Below are positions 28,413 through 36,855 of a DNA stretch of 64,000 nt, in pieces (the first letter of the stretch is position 1; every line of letters starts with the position of its first letter). Origin of the DNA: an uncultured Acidimicrobiales bacterium (GTDB lineage Bacteria; Actinomycetota; Acidimicrobiia; Acidimicrobiales; SHLQ01); assembly GCA_938002955.1 (NCBI GenBank), contig CALLAA010000145.1, positions 713 to 64,712 of the forward strand. The letters are read 5' to 3'. A model generated the notes under the pieces. It was not told the DNA's origin. It worked only from the letters and a program-made list of their open reading frames with translations, and made no database searches. The position numbers and the translations under genes were made by a program.

Positions 28413-29843
28413 CTACCAGTTCGTTGCGATGTACTGCGTCTCGCAGAACTCGTAGATGCCTTCGCTCGCACCTTCACGGCCAAGCCCGGATTGCTTCATG
28501 CCCCCAAATGGCGCGGCCGGATCTGACACGACGCCACGGTTCAACCCGATCATGCCCGCTTCGATCTGCTCGCTTACGCGTAGACCGCGCGCCAGATCCT
28601 GGGTGAACACGTAACCCATCAAGCCCATCTCGGTGTCGTTAGCCATCTCGATCGCTTGCTCTTCGCTGGTGAACCCAATGAGTGGTGCGACCGGGCCGAA
28701 AATTTCTTCGCGTGCGACGTCGGCATTGCGCGTCACGTTCGTGAGGACCGTTGGTGGGTAGAAAAAGCCTGGACCGTCGAGCGGGGCGCCACCGGTGACT
28801 GCCGTCGCGCCGCCGGCGATCGCCGACTGAACCAAGCCATCGACACTGTCGACGGCTTCTTGGTTGATGAGCGGGCCCACCTGGGCACCCTCGGAGCCAC
28901 CTTCGGCGACCTTCATTGCACTCATGGCGGCGGCGAGCTTTTCGCCGAAGGCATCCATCACCGATTCCTCGACGAGGAATCGGTTCGCCGCTGTGCACGT
29001 CTCGGCGGAGTGGCGCATCTTGGCCGCGATTGCACCTTCGACCGCAAGGTCGAGATCGGCATCCGCGAACACCACGAACGGCGCATTTCCGCCGAGCTCC
29101 ATCGCGACCTTCAGAACCCGATCGGCTGCTTGTCGAAGAAGTGTTTGTCCAACCGGGGTGGAGCCGGTGAAGGAGACCATTCGGACGGCCTTGTGATCCA
29201 TGGCGGCCTTTACAGGGGCCGAGGCGGACTTGGTAGTGACCATGTTGATAAGGCCGGCAGGAAGGCCAACTTCGTTCTCGAAGAGGTCGGCGAGCGCAAG
29301 GGCGGTGAGAGGGGTTTCCTTCGGTGGCTTGATCACGACGGCGTTTCCAGCGCCTAACGCCGGGGCCATCTTTCGGGTGATCATCGCTGCCGGAAAGTTC
29401 CATGGGGTGACCATGAGTACGACCCCGACGGGTGGATGATGCACGATCATCTTGGCGGTTCCGGCCGGGTTGGTGCCGACGGAGCCGTGAAGCCGAACCG
29501 TCTCTTCGCTGTTCCACCGAAAGAACTCTGCGGCGTAGCCAATCTCACCGAGGGCGTCGGCCATGGGCTTGCCGTGCTCGGCCACGATCAGCTTTGCGAG
29601 CATGTCCTTGTTGTCGATCATCACCTGGTAGCAGGCTCGGAGCTTTTCCGCCCGTTCGCGCGGTGCAACCTTCGCCCAGGCCTTTTGTGCTGCGGCGGCA
29701 GCGTCACAGGCTGCCTCCATGTCTGCGACCGAACCGCAGTCGACCGTCGCCACAACCTCGCCGTTCGCGGGGTTGAGAACGTCGACCGTCTCGCCGTTGG
29801 ATCCAGCGCGTCGTTCTCCGTTGATGACCAGCTGTGTCTGCAT
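28413..29843 (-). CDS. NAD(P)-dependent aldehyde dehydrogenase, succinate-semialdehyde dehydrogenase-like
   Basis: ATG at 29843 (MQTQLVINGE...). ALDH motifs FTGSTPVG, ELGGNAP, catalytic Cys in ETCTAANR. Confidence 0.8.
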   Translation of the reverse strand: MQTQLVINGERRAGSNGETVDVLNPANGEVVATVDCGSVADMEAACDAAAAAQKAWAKVAPRERAEKLRACYQVMIDNKDMLAKLIVAEHGKPMADALGEIGYAAEFFRWNSEETVRLHGSVGTNPAGTAKMIVHHPPVGVVLMVTPWNFPAAMITRKMAPALGAGNAVVIKPPKETPLTALALADLFENEVGLPAGLINMVTTKSASAPVKAAMDHKAVRMVSFTGSTPVGQTLLRQAADRVLKVAMELGGNAPFVVFADADLDLAVEGAIAAKMRHSAETCTAANRFLVEESVMDAFGEKLAAAMSAMKVAEGGSEGAQVGPLINQEAVDSVDGLVQSAIAGGATAVTGGAPLDGPGFFYPPTVLTNVTRNADVAREEIFGPVAPLIGFTSEEQAIEMANDTEMGLMGYVFTQDLARGLRVSEQIEAGMIGLNRGVVSDPAAPFGGMKQSGLGREGASEGIYEFCETQYIATNW

Positions 29844-29910
29844 GTGAGTACTCCGTACACATCGATGTTGTCCACTGGGAGAGTACTGGCGGCTGACCGT
29901 TGAGTAACCT

Positions 29911-30957
29911 TTGGACATGAAGATCTCGATGACCATCACATACAGCGACGACCCCCTCAAGGCGGTGGCTCATGCGCAGGCGATGGAAAAGGCTGGCGTT
30001 GACCAGGCATGGGTCGCCGAGGCGTACAGCTTCGATGCCGTATCGACGCTCGGATTCCTCGCCGCAAGCACGAACACGATGGAACTTGTTTCGGGCATTC
30101 TTCCCGTCTACAGCCGCACACCAACGCTCATCGCGATGACGGCTGCGACGCTCGACTCTCTGTCCGGCGGACGCTTCGCCTTGGGTCTCGGGGCATCGGG
30201 TCCACAGGTCATCGAAGGCTGGCACGGTGTTCCGTACAACCGGCCGCTCGGTCGCACGCGAGAAGTGATTGAGATCTGTCGGAAGGTGTGGACCCGCGAG
30301 CGTCTCGAGCACGACGGACGCAACTATCAGATGCCCTACACGGGCGAAGGTGCAACCGGCCTGGGCAAGCCCCTCAAGTTGATCAACACACCGCTTCGCC
30401 AAGACATCCCGATCTACATTGCGTCGATCGGCGAGAAGAATGTCGAGCTCACTGCGGAGATCGCTACGGGCTGGATCCCCGTTTTCTTCTACCCAGAGAA
30501 GGCCCACGACGCCTGGGGAGCATCGCTCGATGCGGGCAAGGCCAAGCGCGACGCGGCCCTCGGTGAGCTGGAGATTATCGCCGGTGGTATGGCGGCGATT
30601 ACCAAAACCGAAGAGGAAGCTGTGCAAATGCGGAACTTCGCTCGTCCAAACGCTGCGCTCTACATCGGTGGCATGGGAGCGAAGTCGAAGAACTTCTACA
30701 ACACGCTCTTCCAACGCTACGGATACGAGAAGGAAGCCGAGATCGTCCAGGATCTGTACCTGTCCGGCAAGAAGGAAGAGGCTGCAGCGGCGATCCCCGA
30801 CGAGTTCCTTGCGGCAACCAACCTCGTCGGCACCGAAGGCTTCATCAAGGACCGGCTTGCAGCGTTCGCTGAAGCTGGCGTCACGAGCCTGACCCTGCAT
30901 CCCGCCGGTGAGGACCCGTTGGCGATCGTGTCCCAGATCAAGGAGTGGGCGAACTAG
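29911..30957 (+). CDS. LLM-class F420-dependent oxidoreductase
   Basis: 348 aa. LLM family pattern (AWVAEAYSFDAVS..., GGRFALGLGASGPQVIEGWHG). Confidence 0.7.
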   Translation: MDMKISMTITYSDDPLKAVAHAQAMEKAGVDQAWVAEAYSFDAVSTLGFLAASTNTMELVSGILPVYSRTPTLIAMTAATLDSLSGGRFALGLGASGPQVIEGWHGVPYNRPLGRTREVIEICRKVWTRERLEHDGRNYQMPYTGEGATGLGKPLKLINTPLRQDIPIYIASIGEKNVELTAEIATGWIPVFFYPEKAHDAWGASLDAGKAKRDAALGELEIIAGGMAAITKTEEEAVQMRNFARPNAALYIGGMGAKSKNFYNTLFQRYGYEKEAEIVQDLYLSGKKEEAAAAIPDEFLAATNLVGTEGFIKDRLAAFAEAGVTSLTLHPAGEDPLAIVSQIKEWAN

Positions 30958-30971
30958 CGCCCTCGTCGTTG

Positions 30972-31796
30972 TTAGGACGAGAGCTGTCGGCGGATGTCGT
31001 TGGCGACCAGCACCGGGTCCTGCAACGGTCCGAAGTGTGTGATGGTCGGGAAGTGGTGGAGCGATCCGTTCGGTAGTGCCTCCGCGATGTGTTCCGCGAG
31101 TTGGGCGGGCAGTCCGCCATCGCCACTCTGTCCAACAACAACTTCGCAATGCACATCTGCGAGATGCGCTAGCGTCACCGACCCAGCGTTCAGGAACGTC
31201 GATGCTTCGCTCTCGGGTGTGCACTTCAGGGTGACGCCGTCCTCGCTGTCGGCGAACCCATGGCGGACATAGTCGGACAGCACATCGGCCCTGAAAAGGC
31301 CCAATGGGGGTCGCGACGCGTACCGCTCGAGAGCCGAGGCTCGGTTCGGAAATGAACGCAGACGGCCTCGCGCTGCTCTGGCAAGCGGCGACTCTCCGGG
31401 AAATGGTGCTGGCGGAATGATTGGCTCGAACGCATACAGCGAGGTAAAGGTTCCTGGCCGTTCCCGCTCGGCCCCAATCAGGGCGGCGCCTCCCATCGAA
31501 TGCCCAAATCCATGCAGCGTTGCTGCGTTCAGGTGATCGACGACCCGGAGCGCGTCGTCGACCATCCCTAGCCAGCCGAATCCAGCTTCGTCGTCGGGAG
31601 TATCGCTGTCCCCGTGGGCGCGAAAGTCGAGAGCGACAACCATCGCGTCGTGCCGGAGTTCGTGAGCGAGGGCTCGGTAGACCTTGCCAAGGAACCCCGT
31701 GGCATGGCCGACGAGCAAGGTCACGGGACCGTCACCGCCTAGGTGGTGGAGGGCAATCGCGCCGGCGTGTCCGTCGATGAGCTCGGTCGTGGTCAT
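30972..31796 (-). CDS. Alpha/beta hydrolase
   Basis: GHATG oxyanion region and nucleophile elbow GHSMGG. Confidence 0.75.
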   Translation of the reverse strand: MTTTELIDGHAGAIALHHLGGDGPVTLLVGHATGFLGKVYRALAHELRHDAMVVALDFRAHGDSDTPDDEAGFGWLGMVDDALRVVDHLNAATLHGFGHSMGGAALIGAERERPGTFTSLYAFEPIIPPAPFPGESPLARAARGRLRSFPNRASALERYASRPPLGLFRADVLSDYVRHGFADSEDGVTLKCTPESEASTFLNAGSVTLAHLADVHCEVVVGQSGDGGLPAQLAEHIAEALPNGSLHHFPTITHFGPLQDPVLVANDIRRQLSS

Positions 31797-32320
31797 AGCC
31801 GATCGTAGATCCAGTCCTTGGGTTGGTCGCCGTCGTACGGCATCGTGCCATGAAAGGCACGGGGGTCATCGTCGAATACGAGCGGAACGAAGTGCCGATC
31901 ACCAGCCCACATCGGGAGGTCGGCGGCGTTGCGCACTGCTTCGTCGGGGTCACACGCTTGGAGCAGTCTGGATCGGTCGATCCATTCGAGCGTTCCCTCT
32001 TCGTTGCCCTCCGGCGGGGTTCCGGTCCAGGCGGTCACAAGGAAGATGAAGCCCATCCAGTCCTCGTCTTTTGGGCCGAAGTTGGTCCACGTAATTGTGC
32101 CTCGCAAGGCAATGTCGTCGAGGCGTAGACCGGTTTCTTCGTCCAGTTCGCGGCGAAGGCTCGCAAGGATTCCCTCGTTCGGTTCGAGCTTGCCGCCGAG
32201 CCCGTTGACCTTGCCGAAGTGGTCGTCGTCTGGTCGGGCGTTGCGCCGGATCATCAACACGTGGTCAGTGTCGCGATCCCACAGATAGGCAAGCGTTCCA
32301 ACGATCGGCAAAAACGACAT
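31793..32320 (-). CDS. NUDIX hydrolase
   Basis: Nudix box GLGGKLEPNEGILASLRRELDEETGL. Confidence 0.85.
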   Translation of the reverse strand: MSFLPIVGTLAYLWDRDTDHVLMIRRNARPDDDHFGKVNGLGGKLEPNEGILASLRRELDEETGLRLDDIALRGTITWTNFGPKDEDWMGFIFLVTAWTGTPPEGNEEGTLEWIDRSRLLQACDPDEAVRNAADLPMWAGDRHFVPLVFDDDPRAFHGTMPYDGDQPKDWIYDRL

Positions 32321-32344
32321 CGACTCAACCTACGACCGGCCAAC

Positions 32345-32409
32345 AAAGGTACCTGGTACCCAACCCCAAAAAGGTACCTGGTACCTTTCGGCCAAAAGGT
32401 GCCAGGTTC
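32345..32409. repeat. REP-like array, left flank of the RAYT gene (3 units, 25-bp phasing)
   Basis: GGTACCTGGTACC at 32348-32360 and 32373-32385. A degenerate inverted copy GGTGCCAGGTTC lies at 32398-32409. Each unit is preceded by an A-run. Confidence 0.85.
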
Positions 32410-32528
32410 GTTCACATCTTCGGAGCTCACTCCGAATTGGCTTCGCCGCATTCGCCCGACCTATCGTTTGCCATCGGCATTGTTGCTGGTCACTTCCCCG
32501 AAGAACCTCTCTTCAAGGAAGACCAACA

Positions 32529-33164
32529 ATGCCCCGACCTCTTCGGATCCAATATCCCGGAGCGTGGTACCACGTGATGAATCGCGGTGCCTCCCGACAG
32601 AACATTTTTCGTGACGTTCATGACCGGCGAGACTTTCTCGTGTGCCTTGCGTCTGCAGCGAGTCGAACTGAGGTGGAGGTGCACGCCTACGTCTTAATGG
32701 GCAACCACTACCACTTGCTGTTGAGGACTCCGAACGGAAATCTCGACACGATGATGCATCTTCTAGGTCGCAACTACGCCCGGTATTTCAACGATCGGTA
32801 TGACCTGGACGGCCGACTATGTACCGATCGCTACTTCCCAATTCTTGTCGACTCCGACCGGTATCTCCTAGCGGTGTCGCGCTACATCCACAGAAATCCG
32901 ACCGCTTTCGGGATCACGTCGCTTGGTGACTACTTTTGGTCCAGCTATGCCGCCTACCTCGGGAATCGTCGCCCGCAGGAATGGTTGCACGTCGACTTCA
33001 CGCTGTCGCTTGCTGGCGGTGCGAGGGGGTACGAGAGCGTTGTTGAAAGCCCGCTGCCAACAGAGATCGACCTGGTGTACTCGTCAGGTAAGCCACCGCA
33101 CGTGCTTGGCCCCGAGCAGTTCCGCCAGGCCGCGATAGCGAAGGCCTCCGAGGCGAGCCGATGA
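32529..33164 (+). CDS. IS200-like Y1 (HUH) transposase of the REP-associated tyrosine transposase (RAYT) type
   Basis: 211 aa. HUH motif GNHYHLLL. Catalytic Tyr motif SRYIHRNP. N-terminus PRPLRIQYPGAWYHVMNRG is typical of this family. No tnpB and no terminal IS structure. Confidence 0.8.
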   Translation: MPRPLRIQYPGAWYHVMNRGASRQNIFRDVHDRRDFLVCLASAASRTEVEVHAYVLMGNHYHLLLRTPNGNLDTMMHLLGRNYARYFNDRYDLDGRLCTDRYFPILVDSDRYLLAVSRYIHRNPTAFGITSLGDYFWSSYAAYLGNRRPQEWLHVDFTLSLAGGARGYESVVESPLPTEIDLVYSSGKPPHVLGPEQFRQAAIAKASEASR

Positions 33165-33166
33165 GA

Positions 33167-33229
33167 GGTACCTGGTACCAAACTGCGGAAAGGTACCTGG
33201 TACCGAACGGCGGAAAGGTACCTGGTACC
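33167..33229. repeat. REP-like array, right flank of the RAYT gene (3 perfect units, 25-bp phasing)
   Basis: GGTACCTGGTACC at 33167-33179, 33192-33204 and 33217-33229. The last two share the longer unit CGGAAAGGTACCTGGTACC. Confidence 0.9.
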
Positions 33230-33238
33230 GGGTGGTCG

Positions 33239-33838
33239 TTAGTTGATGTGGATGTCGGCGGTCATGCCGAGCGGTGCTACGCCTGGGACTCGGGACTCGC
33301 GTGAAAACAGCTCTTCCATCATTGGAATGAAGTCCTCGATCGGCAGGGTCGGGTAGTCAGGATCGAAGCAGTTCTGGTCGTAGTTCTGGCAGAACTTCAC
33401 ACACGCCTCGTAGAACTCATGCTCTTGATGAACGTCACGAGCGTTGCGATCTCCGTCCATGTGATGGAAGTAGTAGTAGCCCTGGAACAAGCCATGATGC
33501 TTGATCACCCAGTGCGTCTCGTCGTCGACGTACGGCGCCAACATCGCCGCCGCGGTCGCGCTGTGATTCTGCGGTGCGATCGGGTCGCCGATGTCGTGTA
33601 GCAATGCCCCAACGACCATGTCGAGTGATTCGTCGGCTCGAAGCGCACGAGTCGCCGATTGAAGGGAGTGTTGATAGCGGTCGATCTGGTAGCCCATCTT
33701 TGGGCCCTCCATGATCTTGAGGAGCGTGATCATGTTCTCGATGAGCTCACCCTGGGTGTGCTCGGTATAGAGCTTGCCAAGCATCTCGTAGTCGGCCTTC
33801 GTGCCGTGATCCATTTGCGTCCAGGTGACCATTTCCAT
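33239..33838 (-). CDS. HD-domain protein (metal-dependent phosphohydrolase or PhnZ/MIOX-like diiron oxygenase fold)
   Basis: H...HD...H...HH...D ligand pattern (YQHSLQ, LLHDIGD, NHSATAA, IKHHG). 199 aa. Confidence 0.6.
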   Translation of the reverse strand: MEMVTWTQMDHGTKADYEMLGKLYTEHTQGELIENMITLLKIMEGPKMGYQIDRYQHSLQSATRALRADESLDMVVGALLHDIGDPIAPQNHSATAAAMLAPYVDDETHWVIKHHGLFQGYYYFHHMDGDRNARDVHQEHEFYEACVKFCQNYDQNCFDPDYPTLPIEDFIPMMEELFSRESRVPGVAPLGMTADIHIN

Positions 33839-33876
33839 GTCTGAACGATCGGCGAAAAAGACGCTCGGGTCAAGCC

Positions 33877-35505
33877 CTAGAGGACGTTGGACCGATCAGC
33901 GCGATCGACGATCAGAAGAACGACGGTCGTTATCACCATCAAGATGACGCTTAGTGCCATCGCCTGCCCGCGAATGCTCTGACCGGGTTGGCTGAGTAGC
34001 CGGCCAATCGCCAGCGGAACCGTCATGAAATCGGGCCGTCTGCCAACGAAACTTGTCGCACCGAACTCCCCGAGCGAGATGGCAAAGGCGAACCCAGCCC
34101 CCACGACGAGTGCCCGCCGTGCGATCGGGAAGTCGATATCGCGGCGAATCTGCGCCGGCGAACTTCCCATGCTCGCAGCGGCTTCACGAAGGTGCGGGTC
34201 GATCGATCGAAGGACTGGTACGACAGCTCGGGTGACGAAGGGGATGCCGATCAGAGCCTGAGCCAGCGGGATGATCACCCAGGATTGGCGTAGGTCGAGC
34301 CAGCCAGAATCGAAGGTGATGAGGATTCCGAAGCCCAAGGTCACCGCAGACGTGCCGAGCGGGAGCAAGTAGCCAAGGTCGAGGAGCCGCGAGATCTTCG
34401 TCGGGCTGTAAACGATCGCGATGGACGTCCACCCTCCGACCACCGTGGCGATCGCCGTCGCAAGGACCGCGAACCACAGCGAATTCGCGAGCGCTCGCTG
34501 TGGACTAACGGTGAGGAACGGCGGACGGTCGGCGAGCGATCGGTAGTTGTCGAAGCCCAGCCCCGAGCCGGTCTGCAGCGACTGCTCGACCAGGATGATG
34601 ATCGGGACGCTAAGCAGGCCGATCGTGGCTGCGATGGTCATCCAGGACAACCCGAGCGTGAGCGTATTGGGCGCAGGCTGGGCCCGCTCGGCGAGACGGT
34701 CGCTTTGAGCCAGCGATGAACGGAGCCGCAGATTGAGTGCGACGAGCGCGACGACCGCGATGAGCTGGACGATCGAGAGGGCGGCGGCGGTCGCAAAGTC
34801 CGTACGGCTAATCGCATATCGGAAGACCTCCGTTTCGATTGTCCGTTGGCGGGCGCCACCCAAGATGAGCACAACCCCGAACGAGGTGAAGGTGAAGAGA
34901 AACACGATCGACGTCGCCGCAAGCAACGACGGGCGAAGACGGCGAAGGGTGATTCGAAAGAACGTCTGCCAGGCCGGTGTGCCCAGCGTTCGTGCCGCGT
35001 GCTCGTCGTCTCGGGAGAGCTGGCCCCAGTAGCTCCCGACCGTTCGCACCACGACGGCCACGTTGAAGAAGACGTGAGCGACCAGGATGGCGAACACGGA
35101 CTTGGTGAGTGAAAAGGGGCCCGACGTCGCACCGAGTCTGTCGCCGGTCGCCAGGAATGCACCAGCCACGACAACCGTTGGAAGCACGAAGGGAACGGTT
35201 ACGAGCGCCTGGACTAAGCGCCGGCCGCGAAAGGTCACGTTTGCAATGACTGCGGTGAGCGGAAGCGCAACGATCAAGGTCAACACGGTTGACGCGACCG
35301 CCTGCCACAACGTGAACCATGCGACCGAACGAATCGACGATGACGAAAACGTGTTCAGCAGTGCACCGTCGCCATCGGAGAGGCCGCGCCACAGAAGCTG
35401 GGCGACGGGCCAGATGAAGAAGAGCGCGAGAAAGATCGTCGGGCCGGCCACCAGGCCGGCCCGACGGAGCGTCTGTGGCGTTAGCTGGCCACGATGGCGT
35501 TCCAT
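33877..35505 (-). CDS. thiP: Thiamine/iron-type ABC transporter permease, duplicated two-domain (ThiP-like)
   Basis: About 12 TM segments with two binding-protein-dependent permease domains. Downstream of the ThiB-like SBP under a TPP riboswitch. ATG 35505 is preferred to track start 35583. Confidence 0.7.
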   Translation of the reverse strand: MERHRGQLTPQTLRRAGLVAGPTIFLALFFIWPVAQLLWRGLSDGDGALLNTFSSSSIRSVAWFTLWQAVASTVLTLIVALPLTAVIANVTFRGRRLVQALVTVPFVLPTVVVAGAFLATGDRLGATSGPFSLTKSVFAILVAHVFFNVAVVVRTVGSYWGQLSRDDEHAARTLGTPAWQTFFRITLRRLRPSLLAATSIVFLFTFTSFGVVLILGGARQRTIETEVFRYAISRTDFATAAALSIVQLIAVVALVALNLRLRSSLAQSDRLAERAQPAPNTLTLGLSWMTIAATIGLLSVPIIILVEQSLQTGSGLGFDNYRSLADRPPFLTVSPQRALANSLWFAVLATAIATVVGGWTSIAIVYSPTKISRLLDLGYLLPLGTSAVTLGFGILITFDSGWLDLRQSWVIIPLAQALIGIPFVTRAVVPVLRSIDPHLREAAASMGSSPAQIRRDIDFPIARRALVVGAGFAFAISLGEFGATSFVGRRPDFMTVPLAIGRLLSQPGQSIRGQAMALSVILMVITTVVLLIVDRADRSNVL

Positions 35506-36599
35506 CGCTCGGTCCAGTCGTCCCGGTTCGTTTCGATGACGGCCGGGTCGATCGTGAGGGCATCGTCCACAAGCGGTCCCCATTGCACGAAGGCGTCAGG
35601 GAGGGCTGCTTCGCCATTGGCGGGGTAGACGAACATGTTCAAGGGAACGTCTTCTTGGAACGTCGTACTCAGCATGAAGTCGATCAGCGCAGCTGACGCT
35701 TCTGGGTGCGCAGTTCCGTTGAGAACGCCCGCGAATTCGATCTGGCGGAAACAGCTGTCCTGCAACACCCCGGTTGGAGGTGCGTCCACGGGCGGGTCGG
35801 CGAACAAGAACTCCGCTGGTGGGCTCGAAGCGTACGAGGTGACGATGGAACGAGCGCCGCCTCCGGCAATGAACTCGCCGTAGTACGCGTCGTTCCATCC
35901 GGCAGTGATCGAGACGTCGTTGTCGACGAGGGACGTCCAGTAGTCCTCCCACCCGTCTTCGCCGTACTTTGCGATCGTGGCGAGAAGAAACGAGAAGCCG
36001 GGGGATGATGTCTCGGGGTTCTCGGTCACGAACTGGCCAGCGTTGACTGGATCGATGAGGTCATCGAGAGACTCGGGTGCGTCTCCGGGTAGCGCGTCGG
36101 TCCAGTAGTTGACGCATACGTCGCCGTAGTCGATTGGCGTCAGGCGATTGAACGGGTCGAGCTCAAGTTCGTCAGCCACATCGTCGAGGCCTGGCGATGC
36201 GTACGGCACGAAGAGCTCGGCGTCGATTCCCCGGCACATGAAGCTGTTGTCGATGCCGAACAAAACATCGGCGGTGGGATTGTCCTTGGTCAACACGGCC
36301 TGGCTGACGAGCTGACCCGCATCACCAACCGCAACTTGTTCAACGATGATTCCGGTCTCGTCGGTAAATGCAGCGAGTGTCGATTCGCTAAGGGTGAACG
36401 AGTCATGGGTTGCCAACGTGATCGTGGTTCCGGCGAGGTTGTCGGTAGTCACGTCGGTGATGGCGTCGATCGATGGCTCATCGAAACAGGTCGACGCGGC
36501 CTCGCTCAATGTGTCGTCTCCGCACGCGCTAGCGAGCAACGCAAGTGCTGCGAGCGCAACGAGGGTCCGAGCCGATAGGCGAACAAATACGTGGTTCAT
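35481..36599 (-). CDS. thiB: Thiamine ABC transporter substrate-binding lipoprotein (ThiB/TbpA-like)
   Basis: Lipobox LLASACGD. Similarity to TbpA (ITLATHDSF..., ADVLFGIDNSF). Immediately preceded by a TPP riboswitch. Confidence 0.75.
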   Translation of the reverse strand: MNHVFVRLSARTLVALAALALLASACGDDTLSEAASTCFDEPSIDAITDVTTDNLAGTTITLATHDSFTLSESTLAAFTDETGIIVEQVAVGDAGQLVSQAVLTKDNPTADVLFGIDNSFMCRGIDAELFVPYASPGLDDVADELELDPFNRLTPIDYGDVCVNYWTDALPGDAPESLDDLIDPVNAGQFVTENPETSSPGFSFLLATIAKYGEDGWEDYWTSLVDNDVSITAGWNDAYYGEFIAGGGARSIVTSYASSPPAEFLFADPPVDAPPTGVLQDSCFRQIEFAGVLNGTAHPEASAALIDFMLSTTFQEDVPLNMFVYPANGEAALPDAFVQWGPLVDDALTIDPAVIETNRDDWTERWNAIVAS

Positions 36600-36605
36600 G
36601 TCATC

Positions 36606-36696
36606 TTCCTCCGCTGGAATTACCCAGTTCAGGTCTTGCGGGTCGGTGACGCTGTCGTCACCCTCTCAGCCCGGCATGTGCCCGAGCTCCCCGGTG
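36606..36696 (-). promoter_or_regulatory. TPP (THI-box) riboswitch
   Basis: The minus strand reads GGGGAGCUCGGGCACAUGCCGGGCUGAGAGGGUGACGACAGCGUCACCGACCCGCAAGACCUGAACUGGGUAAUUCCAGCGGAGGAAGAUGACAUG. It contains the conserved CUGAGA, ACCC, ACCUGA and CUGG-UAAU-CCAGCG elements. The 3' end covers the SD and start codon of thiB. Confidence 0.85.
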
Positions 36697-36855
36697 GTTG
36701 AATTGTTCTTCGAGTCTACGCCGATTGTGGCGCGCAGCGACGATGGGATGTCGAGGACGAAGTTTCGCTGGTCACCTTGCATGGCGACCCGCAACAGCCG
36801 ATAGTGCAGGTGTTGAGTTCACACTCGACCGTAGTGACGACGGCTAGGAGCGCCC

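Noticed and set aside
32345-33229. CRISPR-like appearance of regularly spaced short repeats (13-nt cores every 25 bp). The same applies to the 27-bp tandem repeats at 61447-61530.
   Set aside because: Spacers are only 12 nt in the first case and absent in the second. There are three units per array at most, and no cas genes. The data fit REP-type and simple tandem repeats better.
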